The notes under the pieces are model-generated. The model saw only the letters and a program-made list of their open reading frames with translations. It made no database searches and was not told where the DNA came from. A stretch of 37,629 nt of DNA from Elusimicrobiota bacterium (GTDB lineage Bacteria; Elusimicrobiota; UBA8919). Numbering within the stretch: the stretch's first letter is position 1; each line of letters opens with the position of its first letter. The translations under genes were made by a program, and so were the position numbers. Where the stretch lies: assembly GCA_043816185.1 (NCBI GenBank), contig JBDRIG010000070.1, positions 1 through 37,629 of the forward strand, read 5' to 3'. Positions 17,403 through 27,042 of the stretch are shown one piece after another.

Positions 17403-18305
17403 ATGAAATTAACAGAACTGTTTTCTTCGAAAGAATCTGTTCAGACAAAAAAGTTTGTTGTTACCTCGGAAATCGGTCCGCCAAAGGGTTGTCAAATTGA
17501 CAAATGCCTAAATGAGGCACAACACCTTAAGAGCAAGGTTGATGCGATAAACGTTACCGATAATCAATCGTCTGTAATGAGATTTGGCTCGCTTGCAACT
17601 TGTCATTTTCTAAAAGACAGAGGAATTGAACCGGTATTCCAGGTTGTTTGTCGTGACAGAAATAGAATTGCACTTCAGTCGGATATTTTAAGTGCTGCCG
17701 CTTTTGGTATTGAAAACCTTTTACTTTTAACAGGAGACCACACAAAGTTGGGCGACCATCCTCAAGCAAAACCAGTGTTCGATTTGGACGCTGTTTCTCT
17801 TATTTATGCTGTGAAAAAACTTGAAGAAGGTGTCGACCTTGCTGGTAACAAACTTGAAGGTGAACCACCAAAATTCTCGATAGGTGCCGTTGTATCGCCG
17901 TGCTCAGATCCTATTGAACCACAATTAATAAAAATGGAGAAAAAAGTAAAAGCTGGTGCGGAATTTTTTCAGACACAGGCAGTTTATGAAGTAGAAAAAT
18001 TTATAAAGTTTATGGAAAAAGTTCGTCGTGGCGGATTCGAAGTACCTGTTATGGCAGGGATAGTTGTCTTAAAATCCGTCGGTATGGCAAAATATATGAA
18101 TGAAAATGTTGCAGGTGTTTATGTTCCCGACAATCTAATTGAAGAGCTCAAAAAAGATAAAGAAAAAACAAAATCAGGACAAACAGGGATTGAAATTGCT
18201 GCACGACTCATTAAAGAACTTAAACCTTATTGTCAAGGTGTTCACATAATGCCACTCGGCTGGGGCGACAAAGTCCCAAAAATTCTTGAACTTGCAGGAT
18301 TATAA
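17403..18305 (+). CDS. metF: Methylenetetrahydrofolate reductase catalytic subunit
   Basis: EIGPPKG, DAINVTDN, CRDRNRIALQSD, LTGDH, VFDLD, GAEFFQTQ, GVHIM. Confidence 0.94.
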   Translation: MKLTELFSSKESVQTKKFVVTSEIGPPKGCQIDKCLNEAQHLKSKVDAINVTDNQSSVMRFGSLATCHFLKDRGIEPVFQVVCRDRNRIALQSDILSAAAFGIENLLLLTGDHTKLGDHPQAKPVFDLDAVSLIYAVKKLEEGVDLAGNKLEGEPPKFSIGAVVSPCSDPIEPQLIKMEKKVKAGAEFFQTQAVYEVEKFIKFMEKVRRGGFEVPVMAGIVVLKSVGMAKYMNENVAGVYVPDNLIEELKKDKEKTKSGQTGIEIAARLIKELKPYCQGVHIMPLGWGDKVPKILELAGL

Positions 18306-18946
18306 TGTCCGAAAAACCTCAAAAATATCTTAATTCATCTGTAAAAGAATATTTAGACAATCTATCAGCAAAACTGCCGACACCTGGTGGTGGTAGCGCT
18401 GCTGCTTTGGTTTCTGCTACAGGAGTATCCTGTCTTTTGATGGTTGTTAATTTTACGGTCGATAAGAAAGGTTACGAACAATATAATGACGAGATAAAAG
18501 AAATTTTAGAACAGCTTACAACTTGCAAATTACAACTTACAACTTTAATTGACGGGGATGTATTAGCGTACACAGTTTTTACTGTTGCGTGTAAACTTTC
18601 CAAAAACACAGATGCCGAAATAAAAATAAGAAACGAAAAAATACAATCGGCATTAAAAAATTCGCTACTTGTACTATGTAAAATTTTTGAAATATCCGTT
18701 TCTGTCTTGCCTTTGGCGAAACAACTTTTAGATATCGGAAACAAAAATCTTTTAAGTGATGTTGCCTGTGGTGTTTCGTTTTTACGTGCAGGAATTGAAT
18801 CAGCAAAGTTCAATATAGATATAAATCTTAAATTTATAGATGATGTTAATTTTAAGAAAGAAGCAAAAATAAAATACAAAAAAATAATGAAAAACGCTTT
18901 TATAAAGATAGAAAAAATAATTAAAAAAGTGGAGGCGAAACTATGA
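18305..18946 (+). CDS. fchA: Cyclodeaminase/cyclohydrolase family protein (methenyl-THF cyclohydrolase FchA-like)
   Basis: PTPGGGSAAAL, GNKNLLSDV, NIDINL (FTCD_C); between metF and folD with overlapping stop/start. Confidence 0.85.
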   Translation: MSEKPQKYLNSSVKEYLDNLSAKLPTPGGGSAAALVSATGVSCLLMVVNFTVDKKGYEQYNDEIKEILEQLTTCKLQLTTLIDGDVLAYTVFTVACKLSKNTDAEIKIRNEKIQSALKNSLLVLCKIFEISVSVLPLAKQLLDIGNKNLLSDVACGVSFLRAGIESAKFNIDINLKFIDDVNFKKEAKIKYKKIMKNAFIKIEKIIKKVEAKL

Positions 18947-19863
18947 GTGCGAAAATTATTGATGGAAATGAAATTGCGAAAGAGATAAAACAAAATATAA
19001 AAGCAGAACTTGAAAAATTAAAAGAGAATCTTGTGCTTGTTGCTGTGCAGGTCGGAGAAAATCCAGCAAGTAAAATTTATATAAAAAATCAAAAATTGTT
19101 TTGCGAAGAGGTTGGAATTGGTTACACACTTATTCAATTAGACGCTTCTATTTCTGAAGATAATTTAATTTCCGAGATAAAAAAATTATGTCAGGACGAA
19201 AAAATTACTGGTATAATTTTACAGATGCCATTACCTGATCATATAAATTCAAGAAAAATCCAAACGTCAATCCTCCCAATTAAAGATGTGGAAGGTGTTA
19301 CACCCGCAAACCTTGGCAAGCTTTTATATGCTAATCTCGACGGGACGAGACCAATCATTGCTCCGTGTACTGCACTTTCTATTATGGAATGTATAAAATC
19401 AACAGGAGAAAATATAAAAGGTAAAGATGTTGTAATAGTTGGCCATAGCGAGATTGTTGGAAAACCCGTAACACTTATGCTCCTTTCTTCACTTTTGGAA
19501 TCCGCTACGCCGACGGTATGTCACATCGCAACAAAGGATTTGACAAGCCATACGAAACGTGCGGAGATACTCATTGTTGCCGTCGGTAAGGCAGGGCTTA
19601 TCAAGGGTAGTATGGTAAAAGATGGAGCAATCGTAATAGATGTCGGAATAAACAGAGTACAGATTAAAGATGAAAAAGGTAATCCTATAATTGATGAAAA
19701 AACCTGTAAACCGAAAATGAAAACAGTTGGTGATGTTGATTTTGACGAAGTAGTAAAAGTTGCAAGTTATATTACGCCAGTTCCAGGTGGTGTTGGTGCA
19801 ATTACAACCACTATGCTTTTGAAAAATCTTTTAAGTTTGTATAAGGTGCAGAGTGAAAAATAA
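18943..19863 (+). CDS. folD: Methylene-THF dehydrogenase (FolD family)
   Basis: AKIIDG, GIILQMPLP, KDVEG, PCT, G.S.IVGKP, IDVGINR, GDVDF, ITPVPGGVG. Confidence 0.95.
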   Translation: MSAKIIDGNEIAKEIKQNIKAELEKLKENLVLVAVQVGENPASKIYIKNQKLFCEEVGIGYTLIQLDASISEDNLISEIKKLCQDEKITGIILQMPLPDHINSRKIQTSILPIKDVEGVTPANLGKLLYANLDGTRPIIAPCTALSIMECIKSTGENIKGKDVVIVGHSEIVGKPVTLMLLSSLLESATPTVCHIATKDLTSHTKRAEILIVAVGKAGLIKGSMVKDGAIVIDVGINRVQIKDEKGNPIIDEKTCKPKMKTVGDVDFDEVVKVASYITPVPGGVGAITTTMLLKNLLSLYKVQSEK

Positions 19864-19901
19864 TGTAGCATATTTTTTTCTTTGTTTTTTTGTGGAAAAC
19901 T

Positions 19902-19910
19902 TGGTATAAT
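19902..19910 (+). promoter_or_regulatory. Extended -10 promoter candidate for recA
   Basis: TGG-TATAAT (TATAAT 19905-19910); weak -35 TTGTTT 17 bp upstream. Confidence 0.5.
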
Positions 19911-19995
19911 AAAACGAGATGAAAATAAAAATAATCGGTAAGGATTAAGAAAAAAATACAATTCTCGATCCTCGGTTGGTTTCATGGAGGTTTTT

Positions 19996-21057
19996 ATGGC
20001 GAAAGCGGAAAAATCAGACAGAGAAAAGGCGTTGGAATTAGCACTTTTACAGATAGAAAAAGAATATGGAAAAGGTACTGTAATGCGTTTAGGTGAAAGT
20101 CCACATCAGAAAGTTGAGGTAATCCCGACGGGAATTATCGGACTTGATGTAGCACTTGGCGTTGGTGGAATTCCAAAAGGAAGAATCATTGAAATTTATG
20201 GCCCAGAATCATCAGGTAAATCTACACTCTGTCTTCAGATAATTTCTAGTTCTCAAAAATTGGGTGGGACCTGTGGTTATATTGATGCCGAGCATGCAAT
20301 GGATCCTGTTTACGCAACAAAACTTGGCGTTAACATTGATAAACTTCTTATTTCTCAACCAGATTCTGGTGAGCAAGCACTCGAAATTACAGAGAAACTT
20401 GTCCGAAGCAATGCTGTTGATGTAATTGTTATTGACTCAGTTGCAGCGTTGACTCCTCGTGCGGAAATTGAAGGTGAAATGGGTGATTCGCATATGGGGC
20501 TTCAGGCGCGGCTTATGAGTCAGGCACTCAGAAAACTTACTGCTATCGTTTCAAAATCAAAAACAACGGTAATTTTTATTAATCAAATAAGACAGAAAAT
20601 AGGTGTTATGTTTGGCAATCCAGAGACCACAACAGGAGGACTTGCTTTAAAATTTTATGCCTCAGTTCGAATGGAAATAAGACGAGTAACAACAATAAAA
20701 AATGGAGATAACGCAATAGGTACAAGGGTTCGCGTTAAAGTTGTAAAAAATAAAGTTGCATCGCCTTTTAAACAGGCAGAATTTGACATGATTTTTGGCG
20801 AAGGAATTTCGCAAGAGGGAAGTATTTTAGATACAGGTGTTGAATATGGAGTGATAGAAAAAAGCGGCAGTTGGTTCGTTTTTAAAGGTGAAAAACTTGG
20901 TCAAGGAATGGATAACTCAAAGTTATTTTTAAGAGAAAACCCAAAAATTAATAATGAAATTAAAAAGGCAATATTTGAAAAAGCATTCTGCACACCAGCC
21001 GCTAACCGAGCAGATTCGTCTATCACAAAAGATGAATCTATAAATCGTAAATCGTAA
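19996..21057 (+). CDS. recA: Recombinase A
   Basis: [60 protein letters not shown]. Confidence 0.98.
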   Translation: MAKAEKSDREKALELALLQIEKEYGKGTVMRLGESPHQKVEVIPTGIIGLDVALGVGGIPKGRIIEIYGPESSGKSTLCLQIISSSQKLGGTCGYIDAEHAMDPVYATKLGVNIDKLLISQPDSGEQALEITEKLVRSNAVDVIVIDSVAALTPRAEIEGEMGDSHMGLQARLMSQALRKLTAIVSKSKTTVIFINQIRQKIGVMFGNPETTTGGLALKFYASVRMEIRRVTTIKNGDNAIGTRVRVKVVKNKVASPFKQAEFDMIFGEGISQEGSILDTGVEYGVIEKSGSWFVFKGEKLGQGMDNSKLFLRENPKINNEIKKAIFEKAFCTPAANRADSSITKDESINRKS

Positions 21058-21109
21058 ATTACGTCGTAAATTACACAGAACAATCTTAAAACCCCCATAA
21101 CTTCTTTCA

Positions 21110-22015
21110 ATGCATAATAAAGGAATTTTACTTCTTAAAATGCCGGTATTTTTTAATTTTGTAATCATTCTTAGTATTTTTATATTTATCTGGGGATGGT
21201 TTTCCTCGTCTTTGGTATTGAAAGTTCCCAGATTATCGCTTGAAATTAATCCAGCCAATTTTAATCTTAATTTTGAAAATATTACCTTCCAGACGGTTGA
21301 CGATATAAATATTAACGGTTGTTTTGTTTATTCTAAAGAAAAATCGGATAAGACAATTATTATTTGCCATGGCTGGGGTGCGAATTTAGCAGATGTTTTA
21401 CCGTCGACAGTCTTTCTTCTCAAAAAAAATTTTAATCTTTTGTATTTTGATTTCCGAAACCATGGTAAAAGTTCTGGCAATGTTTCATCTTTTGGAAAAT
21501 TAGAGAGTATAGATGTAACTACTATAATCGAATATCTTACAAAAGAAAAACCAAATTTTTCAAAAAAGATAGGTATATATGGTATTTCTATGGGCGGTAG
21601 TGTTGCGATTTTAGCCGTTGCACAAAACGAAAAGATATCCGCAGTAGTTGTTGATTCGCCGTTTTCAAGTTTCAATTATATTGTAGCAAGATACGCAAAA
21701 CTTTTTTATAAAATTCCAAAATATCCATTAGTTCCAATAACATTTTTATTTGTTAAAATGCGGCTTGGATTTGATCCAAATGATTTTTCAGCAATTAGAT
21801 ATGTTGAGAAAATTTCTCCTCGCCCAATATTTTTTATTCACGGTGCGAATGATAAGAGAATTCCTGTTAGCGAGGGAAAAAAATTGTATGATATGGCAGA
21901 TTCGCCAAAAGAATTTTGGCAAGTTGTAGATGCTAATCATATAGAATCATATAGTAAAGACCCGTTTGAATACGAAAAAAGAGTTGGTGAATTTTTTCGA
22001 AGGTACTTAAAATGA
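21110..22015 (+). CDS. Membrane-anchored alpha/beta hydrolase
   Basis: N-terminal TM, HGWG, DFRNHG.S, GISMGG, HGAND, ANH; alternative start 21140. Confidence 0.88.
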   Translation: MHNKGILLLKMPVFFNFVIILSIFIFIWGWFSSSLVLKVPRLSLEINPANFNLNFENITFQTVDDININGCFVYSKEKSDKTIIICHGWGANLADVLPSTVFLLKKNFNLLYFDFRNHGKSSGNVSSFGKLESIDVTTIIEYLTKEKPNFSKKIGIYGISMGGSVAILAVAQNEKISAVVVDSPFSSFNYIVARYAKLFYKIPKYPLVPITFLFVKMRLGFDPNDFSAIRYVEKISPRPIFFIHGANDKRIPVSEGKKLYDMADSPKEFWQVVDANHIESYSKDPFEYEKRVGEFFRRYLK

Positions 22016-22857
22016 AGGTTATTCATAGCATCAAATCAATTCAAGGTTTAACACCCAAACTTAAACAGCACAATAAAAAGATTGGTTTTGTTCCAACGAT
22101 GGGTGCTTTACATCAAGGACACATTTCTTTAATTCGTCGAGCAAAAAAGGAAACTGATATAGTTGTTGTTAGTATTTTTGTAAATCCAACACAATTTAAT
22201 AAAAATGAGGATTTTAATAAATATCCAAAACCTATTAAAAAAGATATTGCTTTGTGTAAAAATGAGAACGTTGATTTAGTTTTTATTCCGAAGATGTCTT
22301 TGGTGTATACTGAAAATTATCTGACATATATTACAGTCGAGAAACTTTCCGATATAATGTGTGGTAAATTTCGAGCAGGACACTTTAGGGGTGTTACAAC
22401 TATTGTCGCTAAACTTTTTAATATCGTCCAGCCAGATAGAGCATATTTTGGATTAAAGGATTTTCAGCAATCAGTTATTATTAAAAAAATGGTTTCAGAT
22501 CTTAATTTTCCAGTAAAAATTATTACCTGTCCAACGATTCGTGAGAAAAACGGGTTAGCGATATCGAGTAGAAATATCTATTTAACAGAATTAGAGAAAA
22601 AAAAAGCACTTATAATTTCCTCTGCGTTGCAAGAGGCAAAAAATTTAATAAAATATAAAAAAGTAAAATCAGTAGAAGAAATAATTTTCAAAATGCGAAA
22701 GATGATTTTACCAAATGTTGATAAGATTGATTATATAGATATCAGGGATGCACATATGCTTGGAGAAATTAAAAAAATAGATAAAAAAGTTATAATTGCA
22801 GTTGCTGTATTTGTTGGAAAAACTCGACTCATAGATAATATAATTGTGGATTGTTAA
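22012..22857 (+). CDS. panC: Pantoate--beta-alanine ligase
   Basis: GFVPTMGALHQGH, SIFVNPTQF, GHFRGV, FGLKD.QQ, GLAISSRN, RLIDN. Confidence 0.97.
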   Translation: MKVIHSIKSIQGLTPKLKQHNKKIGFVPTMGALHQGHISLIRRAKKETDIVVVSIFVNPTQFNKNEDFNKYPKPIKKDIALCKNENVDLVFIPKMSLVYTENYLTYITVEKLSDIMCGKFRAGHFRGVTTIVAKLFNIVQPDRAYFGLKDFQQSVIIKKMVSDLNFPVKIITCPTIREKNGLAISSRNIYLTELEKKKALIISSALQEAKNLIKYKKVKSVEEIIFKMRKMILPNVDKIDYIDIRDAHMLGEIKKIDKKVIIAVAVFVGKTRLIDNIIVDC

Positions 22858-22919
22858 AAAAATCTCCATACAGCAGCAAATCCGTCAGATATATGTAATC
22901 GATTAGTTTCGAATGAAGC

Positions 22920-23639
22920 GTGAGGATTAATTTGCGAATTTTTAAATCAGCAGTAGCCATATTGTTGATCCCATTTTTTTTAGGATTGTTAATATCGTTC
23001 GGAGGGCTTGTTACATCTTTTTTACCTTTAAGTTCTTCTGAAATTTGGTTTTCAACTGGTTTCGTGTTTTTCTTTATAGTATCTTTAATAAAGCCCGTCT
23101 CCAGTAAGATATATATTTTTGGTCACGAACTTACACATGCATTTTGGATAATTTTATTTAGAGGGAAAGTTAAAGAATTTAATGTTTCTTCAAAAAGTGG
23201 AAGTGTTACGACAACAAAAAGCAATTTTCTAATATCGCTTGCACCATATTTTTCCCCCGTTTATACATTTTTAATAATTTTTATTTTTTATCTTTTGGCT
23301 TTAATTTTTCCTGTTTCAAAATATATTGAATGGTTGTTTTTTTTAGTGGGGTTTTCATATTCTTTTCACATTTTTTTAACTTTAGAATCATTATCAATTG
23401 ACCAACCAGATATAAAAAAAACTGGTAAAATTTTTTCGTATATCACCATAGCAATTCTTAATATTATTGTTATGGTTATTGTGTTTAAATTTGTAATACC
23501 AGACAAAATCATTATTAAAAAGTATTTTTTGGAATCTTGGATAATTGCATCAAAAATATACGAATTTATTTGGAGGAATTTAATTCCGTTTTTTGATTTG
23601 TGTGTAAAATGGTTGAGAGAAAATTTTTTGTCAAGGTAA
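22920..23639 (+). CDS. Integral membrane protein, putative M50-like zinc metallopeptidase
   Basis: Multiple TMs, HELTH (HExxH), LAPY, downstream Asp (QPD). Confidence 0.65.
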   Translation: MRINLRIFKSAVAILLIPFFLGLLISFGGLVTSFLPLSSSEIWFSTGFVFFFIVSLIKPVSSKIYIFGHELTHAFWIILFRGKVKEFNVSSKSGSVTTTKSNFLISLAPYFSPVYTFLIIFIFYLLALIFPVSKYIEWLFFLVGFSYSFHIFLTLESLSIDQPDIKKTGKIFSYITIAILNIIVMVIVFKFVIPDKIIIKKYFLESWIIASKIYEFIWRNLIPFFDLCVKWLRENFLSR

Positions 23640-23646
23640 TGTGGGG

Positions 23647-23674
23647 TTGACAGAATTTTATAATTTGATATAAT
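23647..23674 (+). promoter_or_regulatory. Sigma70-type promoter of rplU-rpmA
   Basis: TTGACA (23647-23652), 16 bp spacer, TGn-TATAAT (23669-23674). Confidence 0.8.
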
Positions 23675-23750
23675 GAACACAATAATTATGAATTGTAATC
23701 TTTTTACAAGTTTGTGCAAGATATGATGAGCATTATATTAGGAGTAATTT

Positions 23751-24044
23751 ATGTATGCAATAATTGAAGCAAGTGGGAAGCAGTATAAGGTAGAAGAAGG
23801 TGAGACGATAAAGGTGGATTTGCTTGACAAAAAAATTGATGATATGGTTGAATTCAACTCGATTTTTACTTCAGGCAAAGATAAAGAAATTACAACCGTT
23901 CCGGTAAAAGTAACAGGGAAAATCATAGGATTTACTAAAAGCAAGAAAATAATTGTATTCAAAAAAAGGCCAAAAAAAGGTTACAAGAAAACAATTGGTC
24001 ATAGACAAAATTATACAGAAGTAGAAATTATAAAAATTGGTTAA
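23751..24044 (+). CDS. rplU: 50S ribosomal protein L21
   Basis: MYAIIE.SGKQYKV.EG, KIIVFKK, GHRQ.YT. Confidence 0.97.
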   Translation: MYAIIEASGKQYKVEEGETIKVDLLDKKIDDMVEFNSIFTSGKDKEITTVPVKVTGKIIGFTKSKKIIVFKKRPKKGYKKTIGHRQNYTEVEIIKIG

Positions 24045-24093
24045 GGAGACGGGTTAGGAAGCGGAGAATAGAAAATAGAGAAAAAGAAGTTTC

Positions 24094-24133
24094 TTAATCT
24101 CTTGATTTTTTAATCTCTCAATCTTTTAATCTT
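24094..24133 (+). repeat. Degenerate octamer tandem repeat (TTAATCTY-like)x5
   Basis: TTAATCTC TTGATTTT TTAATCTC TCAATCTT TTAATCTT, preceded by a purine-rich block. Confidence 0.75.
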
Positions 24134-24143
24134 TGGTGTTAAT

Positions 24144-24398
24144 ATGGCTCACACAAAAGCCCAGGGATCAACTGGAAACGGACGGGATTCTGTAGGTCAG
24201 CGATTAGGAGTAAAATGCTTTGAAGGCGAAGTTGTTCCAGCTGGAAGTATTATTGTTCGTCAACGCGGCAGAAAATATCATGCTGGGTTAAATGTTGGTG
24301 TTGGCAAAGACGATACACTTTTTGCAAAAATTACTGGCAAGATCAAATTTCACTGGGTATCTGCCTATCGCAAAAAAGTAAGTGTAATTCCGTCTTAA
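24144..24398 (+). CDS. rpmA: 50S ribosomal protein L27
   Basis: MAHTK..GS..NGRDS...[25 protein letters not shown]. Confidence 0.97.
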   Translation: MAHTKAQGSTGNGRDSVGQRLGVKCFEGEVVPAGSIIVRQRGRKYHAGLNVGVGKDDTLFAKITGKIKFHWVSAYRKKVSVIPS

Positions 24399-24580
24399 AA
24401 TCGCTCCTATTTTGTTAAAGACGATTAAATTTGTTGACCAAACAACATTAGTTGGACAGGTGGGTGGGTAGATAAAATCAGTTTTAATTGGTTAATTAAT
24501 ATTTTTTATGCATAAAGAACGCTGATTGTCGCTGATTTTTATCTGTTGACATCTGCGTTTTTTTATCTACAAATATCTAA

Positions 24581-24800
24581 CACTACTTCGCTAAATTCAG
24601 TCTGTCATTGCAATCGAAGCGAAGCAATCTTTAAAACATTTCTCGTCGGAAAGAGATTGCCGCGGCTTTCTTCGGAAGCCTCGCAATGACCAAAAGTTAT
24701 CCACAAGATAATTTCTGGATTTTGTTCCAAATTTTGTAAATTTTGTCTTATTAACTTTTCAAAGAACAGTTGGTTGCTATTGTAACACAGTCTGAGTGAC
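24581..24800 (+). mobile_element. Composite repeat: CACTACTTCG end + palindrome (24604-24690) + 110-bp repeat (24691-24800) with ACACAGTCTG end
   Basis: Modules shared with 13547-13659, 9236-9345, 26881-26922, 29569-29760 and 33727-33824. Confidence 0.85.
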
Positions 24801-24820
24801 TTTTTCGATGGTTTCACAAT

Positions 24821-26071
24821 ATGTTTATAGATAAAGTAAAACTTTTTATTAAAGCGGGAAAAGGTGGCGATGGATGTCTTTCTTTTCTTCGAGAAAAATA
24901 TAGACCTTTTGGTGGGCCTAATGGTGGTAATGGAGGCAATGGTGGCGATGTAATAATAAAGAGCGATGAGAATTTAAAAACATTTTTGGATTTACAAAAA
25001 AATTCGCATTATAAAGCAAAAGAGGGTGAGCAGGGTGGATCAAACAATCGCTATGGAAAATCAGCGGAAGATCTTATAATAAAAGTTCCACTTGGTACCG
25101 TTGTTAAAAAAAATGGTTCTGTGATATTAGATATAACAAAACAGTGTCAAGAAATTGTCGTTGCAGTTGGTGGTCGTGGAGGAAGAGGTAATTCCTCATT
25201 TAAAACGTCAAAAAATACTGCACCTCGTATTAAGGAATTAGGTCAGCCAGGCGAAGTATGCACGGTAGAATTAGAACTCAAACTAATTGCTGATGTAGGA
25301 ATTATTGGTTATCCAAATGCCGGAAAATCAACGTTTTTAGCAAAGGTATCACACGCAAGACCGAAAACAGCAGATTATCCATTTACTACTTTAGCTCCTA
25401 ATTTAGGTATGATAATTTCGCCTTGGCATGACGGTAAAGCATTTATTTTTGCAGATATGCCAGGACTTATTGATGGTGCTGCTTCAGGTCGTGGCTTAGG
25501 ACATGATTTTTTGAAACATATAGAGCGGACAAAAATTCTTCTTCACATTGTTGACGCTTTTGGATATGATGGTAAAGATGCTTATTCGACCTACACTGCG
25601 ATAAATAAAGAGTTGAAAGATTATTCTCCGAAACTTGCTAAAAAATTGCAGATTATAGCAATCAATAAAATTGATATTCCGTCGTCTGAAAAAGCAATAA
25701 AAATGTTTAAGAAAAAAAGAAAAACCGTTTTTCCAATTTCGGCAATAAATGGTGATGGCGTAAGACCGTTATTGGAAGAAATTTTTAAAAAAATTGAGAA
25801 AGTAAAAGAAGAAAAACCAGTTGAAATAAAAAGTACTTACTACAAATATGAGCCAGATTTTATAGTTTATAAAGAGGAAAATATCTTTAAAATTACTGGA
25901 AAAAAGATTTCCGATCTTGTTATGATGACCAATTTTTCAGAGAGAGAATCGTTAAAAAGATTTCAAGGTATACTAAAAAAAATCGGCCTTGAACAAAGAT
26001 TGAAAGAAGAAGGTGCAAAAACAGGGGATATTGTTAAGGTTGGAAGTTATGAGTTCAGTTATCAAGAGTAG
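24821..26071 (+). CDS. obgE: GTPase ObgE/CgtA with C-terminal domain
   Basis: MFID, glycine-rich Obg fold, GYPNAGKST, DYPFTTL.PNLG, DMPGLI, NKID. Confidence 0.97.
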   Translation: MFIDKVKLFIKAGKGGDGCLSFLREKYRPFGGPNGGNGGNGGDVIIKSDENLKTFLDLQKNSHYKAKEGEQGGSNNRYGKSAEDLIIKVPLGTVVKKNGSVILDITKQCQEIVVAVGGRGGRGNSSFKTSKNTAPRIKELGQPGEVCTVELELKLIADVGIIGYPNAGKSTFLAKVSHARPKTADYPFTTLAPNLGMIISPWHDGKAFIFADMPGLIDGAASGRGLGHDFLKHIERTKILLHIVDAFGYDGKDAYSTYTAINKELKDYSPKLAKKLQIIAINKIDIPSSEKAIKMFKKKRKTVFPISAINGDGVRPLLEEIFKKIEKVKEEKPVEIKSTYYKYEPDFIVYKEENIFKITGKKISDLVMMTNFSERESLKRFQGILKKIGLEQRLKEEGAKTGDIVKVGSYEFSYQE

Positions 26072-26870
26072 GGTTGTCATAAAAATTGGGAGTAAACTTG
26101 TTACATCGGAAGATGTTATTTTGGATATTGTTGAAAATATTGTTTCATTCAACAATATGGAAAACGAGGTTGTTATTGTTTCTTCAGGTGCTATCGCGAC
26201 AGGTTTATTAAAATTGGATATTGAAAAAAAATCTTTAGATCTACCGTCAAAACAGGCTGCAGCATCTATTGGTCAGGTGGGCATTATGAATAAATGGGCG
26301 CAAGCATTTTCAAAATACGATAAATCTTGTGCACAAATACTCCTTACAAAAAGCGATTTTGAAGACAAAAATAAATATTTTAATGTAAGAAACACGATTT
26401 TGAAACTTTTGTCTTGGGGAGTAATTCCTATTATCAATGAAAATGACACGGTTGCAACGGAAGAAATAAAATTTGGCGATAACGATACTTTATCTGCTAT
26501 TGTTGCAACAAAAATTGATGCTAATTATCTAATAATTCTTACTGACGTTGATGGTCTTTATAAGGGAAATCCTCAAAAAAATAAGGATGCAGAATTAGTT
26601 TTAGAGGTAGCCCACTCAGCTTTTTTATCTACAAGAAGACAAGAAGTAACAATAAGTGATGTTGAAAAATATGCTACATCCGATGGTGGCTATGAGTTTT
26701 CCGTCGGTGGGATGTTGTCGAAGATAGAGGCTGCAAAAATTGCGACATCTTCAGGTGTCGAAACATATATAGCAAATGGCAAAAAAAACATATGCATTTC
26801 AGATATAATTTCGGGAAACGTTAGATGTACAAAATTTATCGCAGATAATAGAATTGACGAAATAATTTAA
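26049..26870 (+). CDS. proB: Glutamate 5-kinase without PUA domain
   Basis: RVVIKIGS, VSSGAI, KQAAASIGQ, PIINENDTV, FGDNDTLSA, GGM.SK. Confidence 0.93.
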   Translation: MSSVIKSRVVIKIGSKLVTSEDVILDIVENIVSFNNMENEVVIVSSGAIATGLLKLDIEKKSLDLPSKQAAASIGQVGIMNKWAQAFSKYDKSCAQILLTKSDFEDKNKYFNVRNTILKLLSWGVIPIINENDTVATEEIKFGDNDTLSAIVATKIDANYLIILTDVDGLYKGNPQKNKDAELVLEVAHSAFLSTRRQEVTISDVEKYATSDGGYEFSVGGMLSKIEAAKIATSSGVETYIANGKKNICISDIISGNVRCTKFIADNRIDEII

Positions 26871-26880
26871 TGTGGTCTAT

Positions 26881-26922
26881 CACTACTTTGCTAAGTTCAT
26901 TTTGTTATTGCGACACAGTCTG
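26881..26922 (+). repeat. Minimal composite repeat (CACTACTT end fused to ACACAGTCTG end)
   Basis: CACTACTTTGCTAAGTTCATTTTGTTATTGCGACACAGTCTG. Confidence 0.75.
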
Positions 26923-27042
26923 ATTGTGTAGTGTGTAACTTGTAGATTATATCGCATAGTTTGTAAATCAAACAAAGAGTTGACTCCAAGTTTGTCGCGA
27001 CTCGTAAGAGTAAAGTTTAATTTGTAGTAAGGGCTAACTTAC

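Noticed and set aside
24045..24143. Missing prp/ysxB between rplU and rpmA as an anomaly
   Set aside because: L27 begins MAHTK with no N-terminal extension, so no protease is expected
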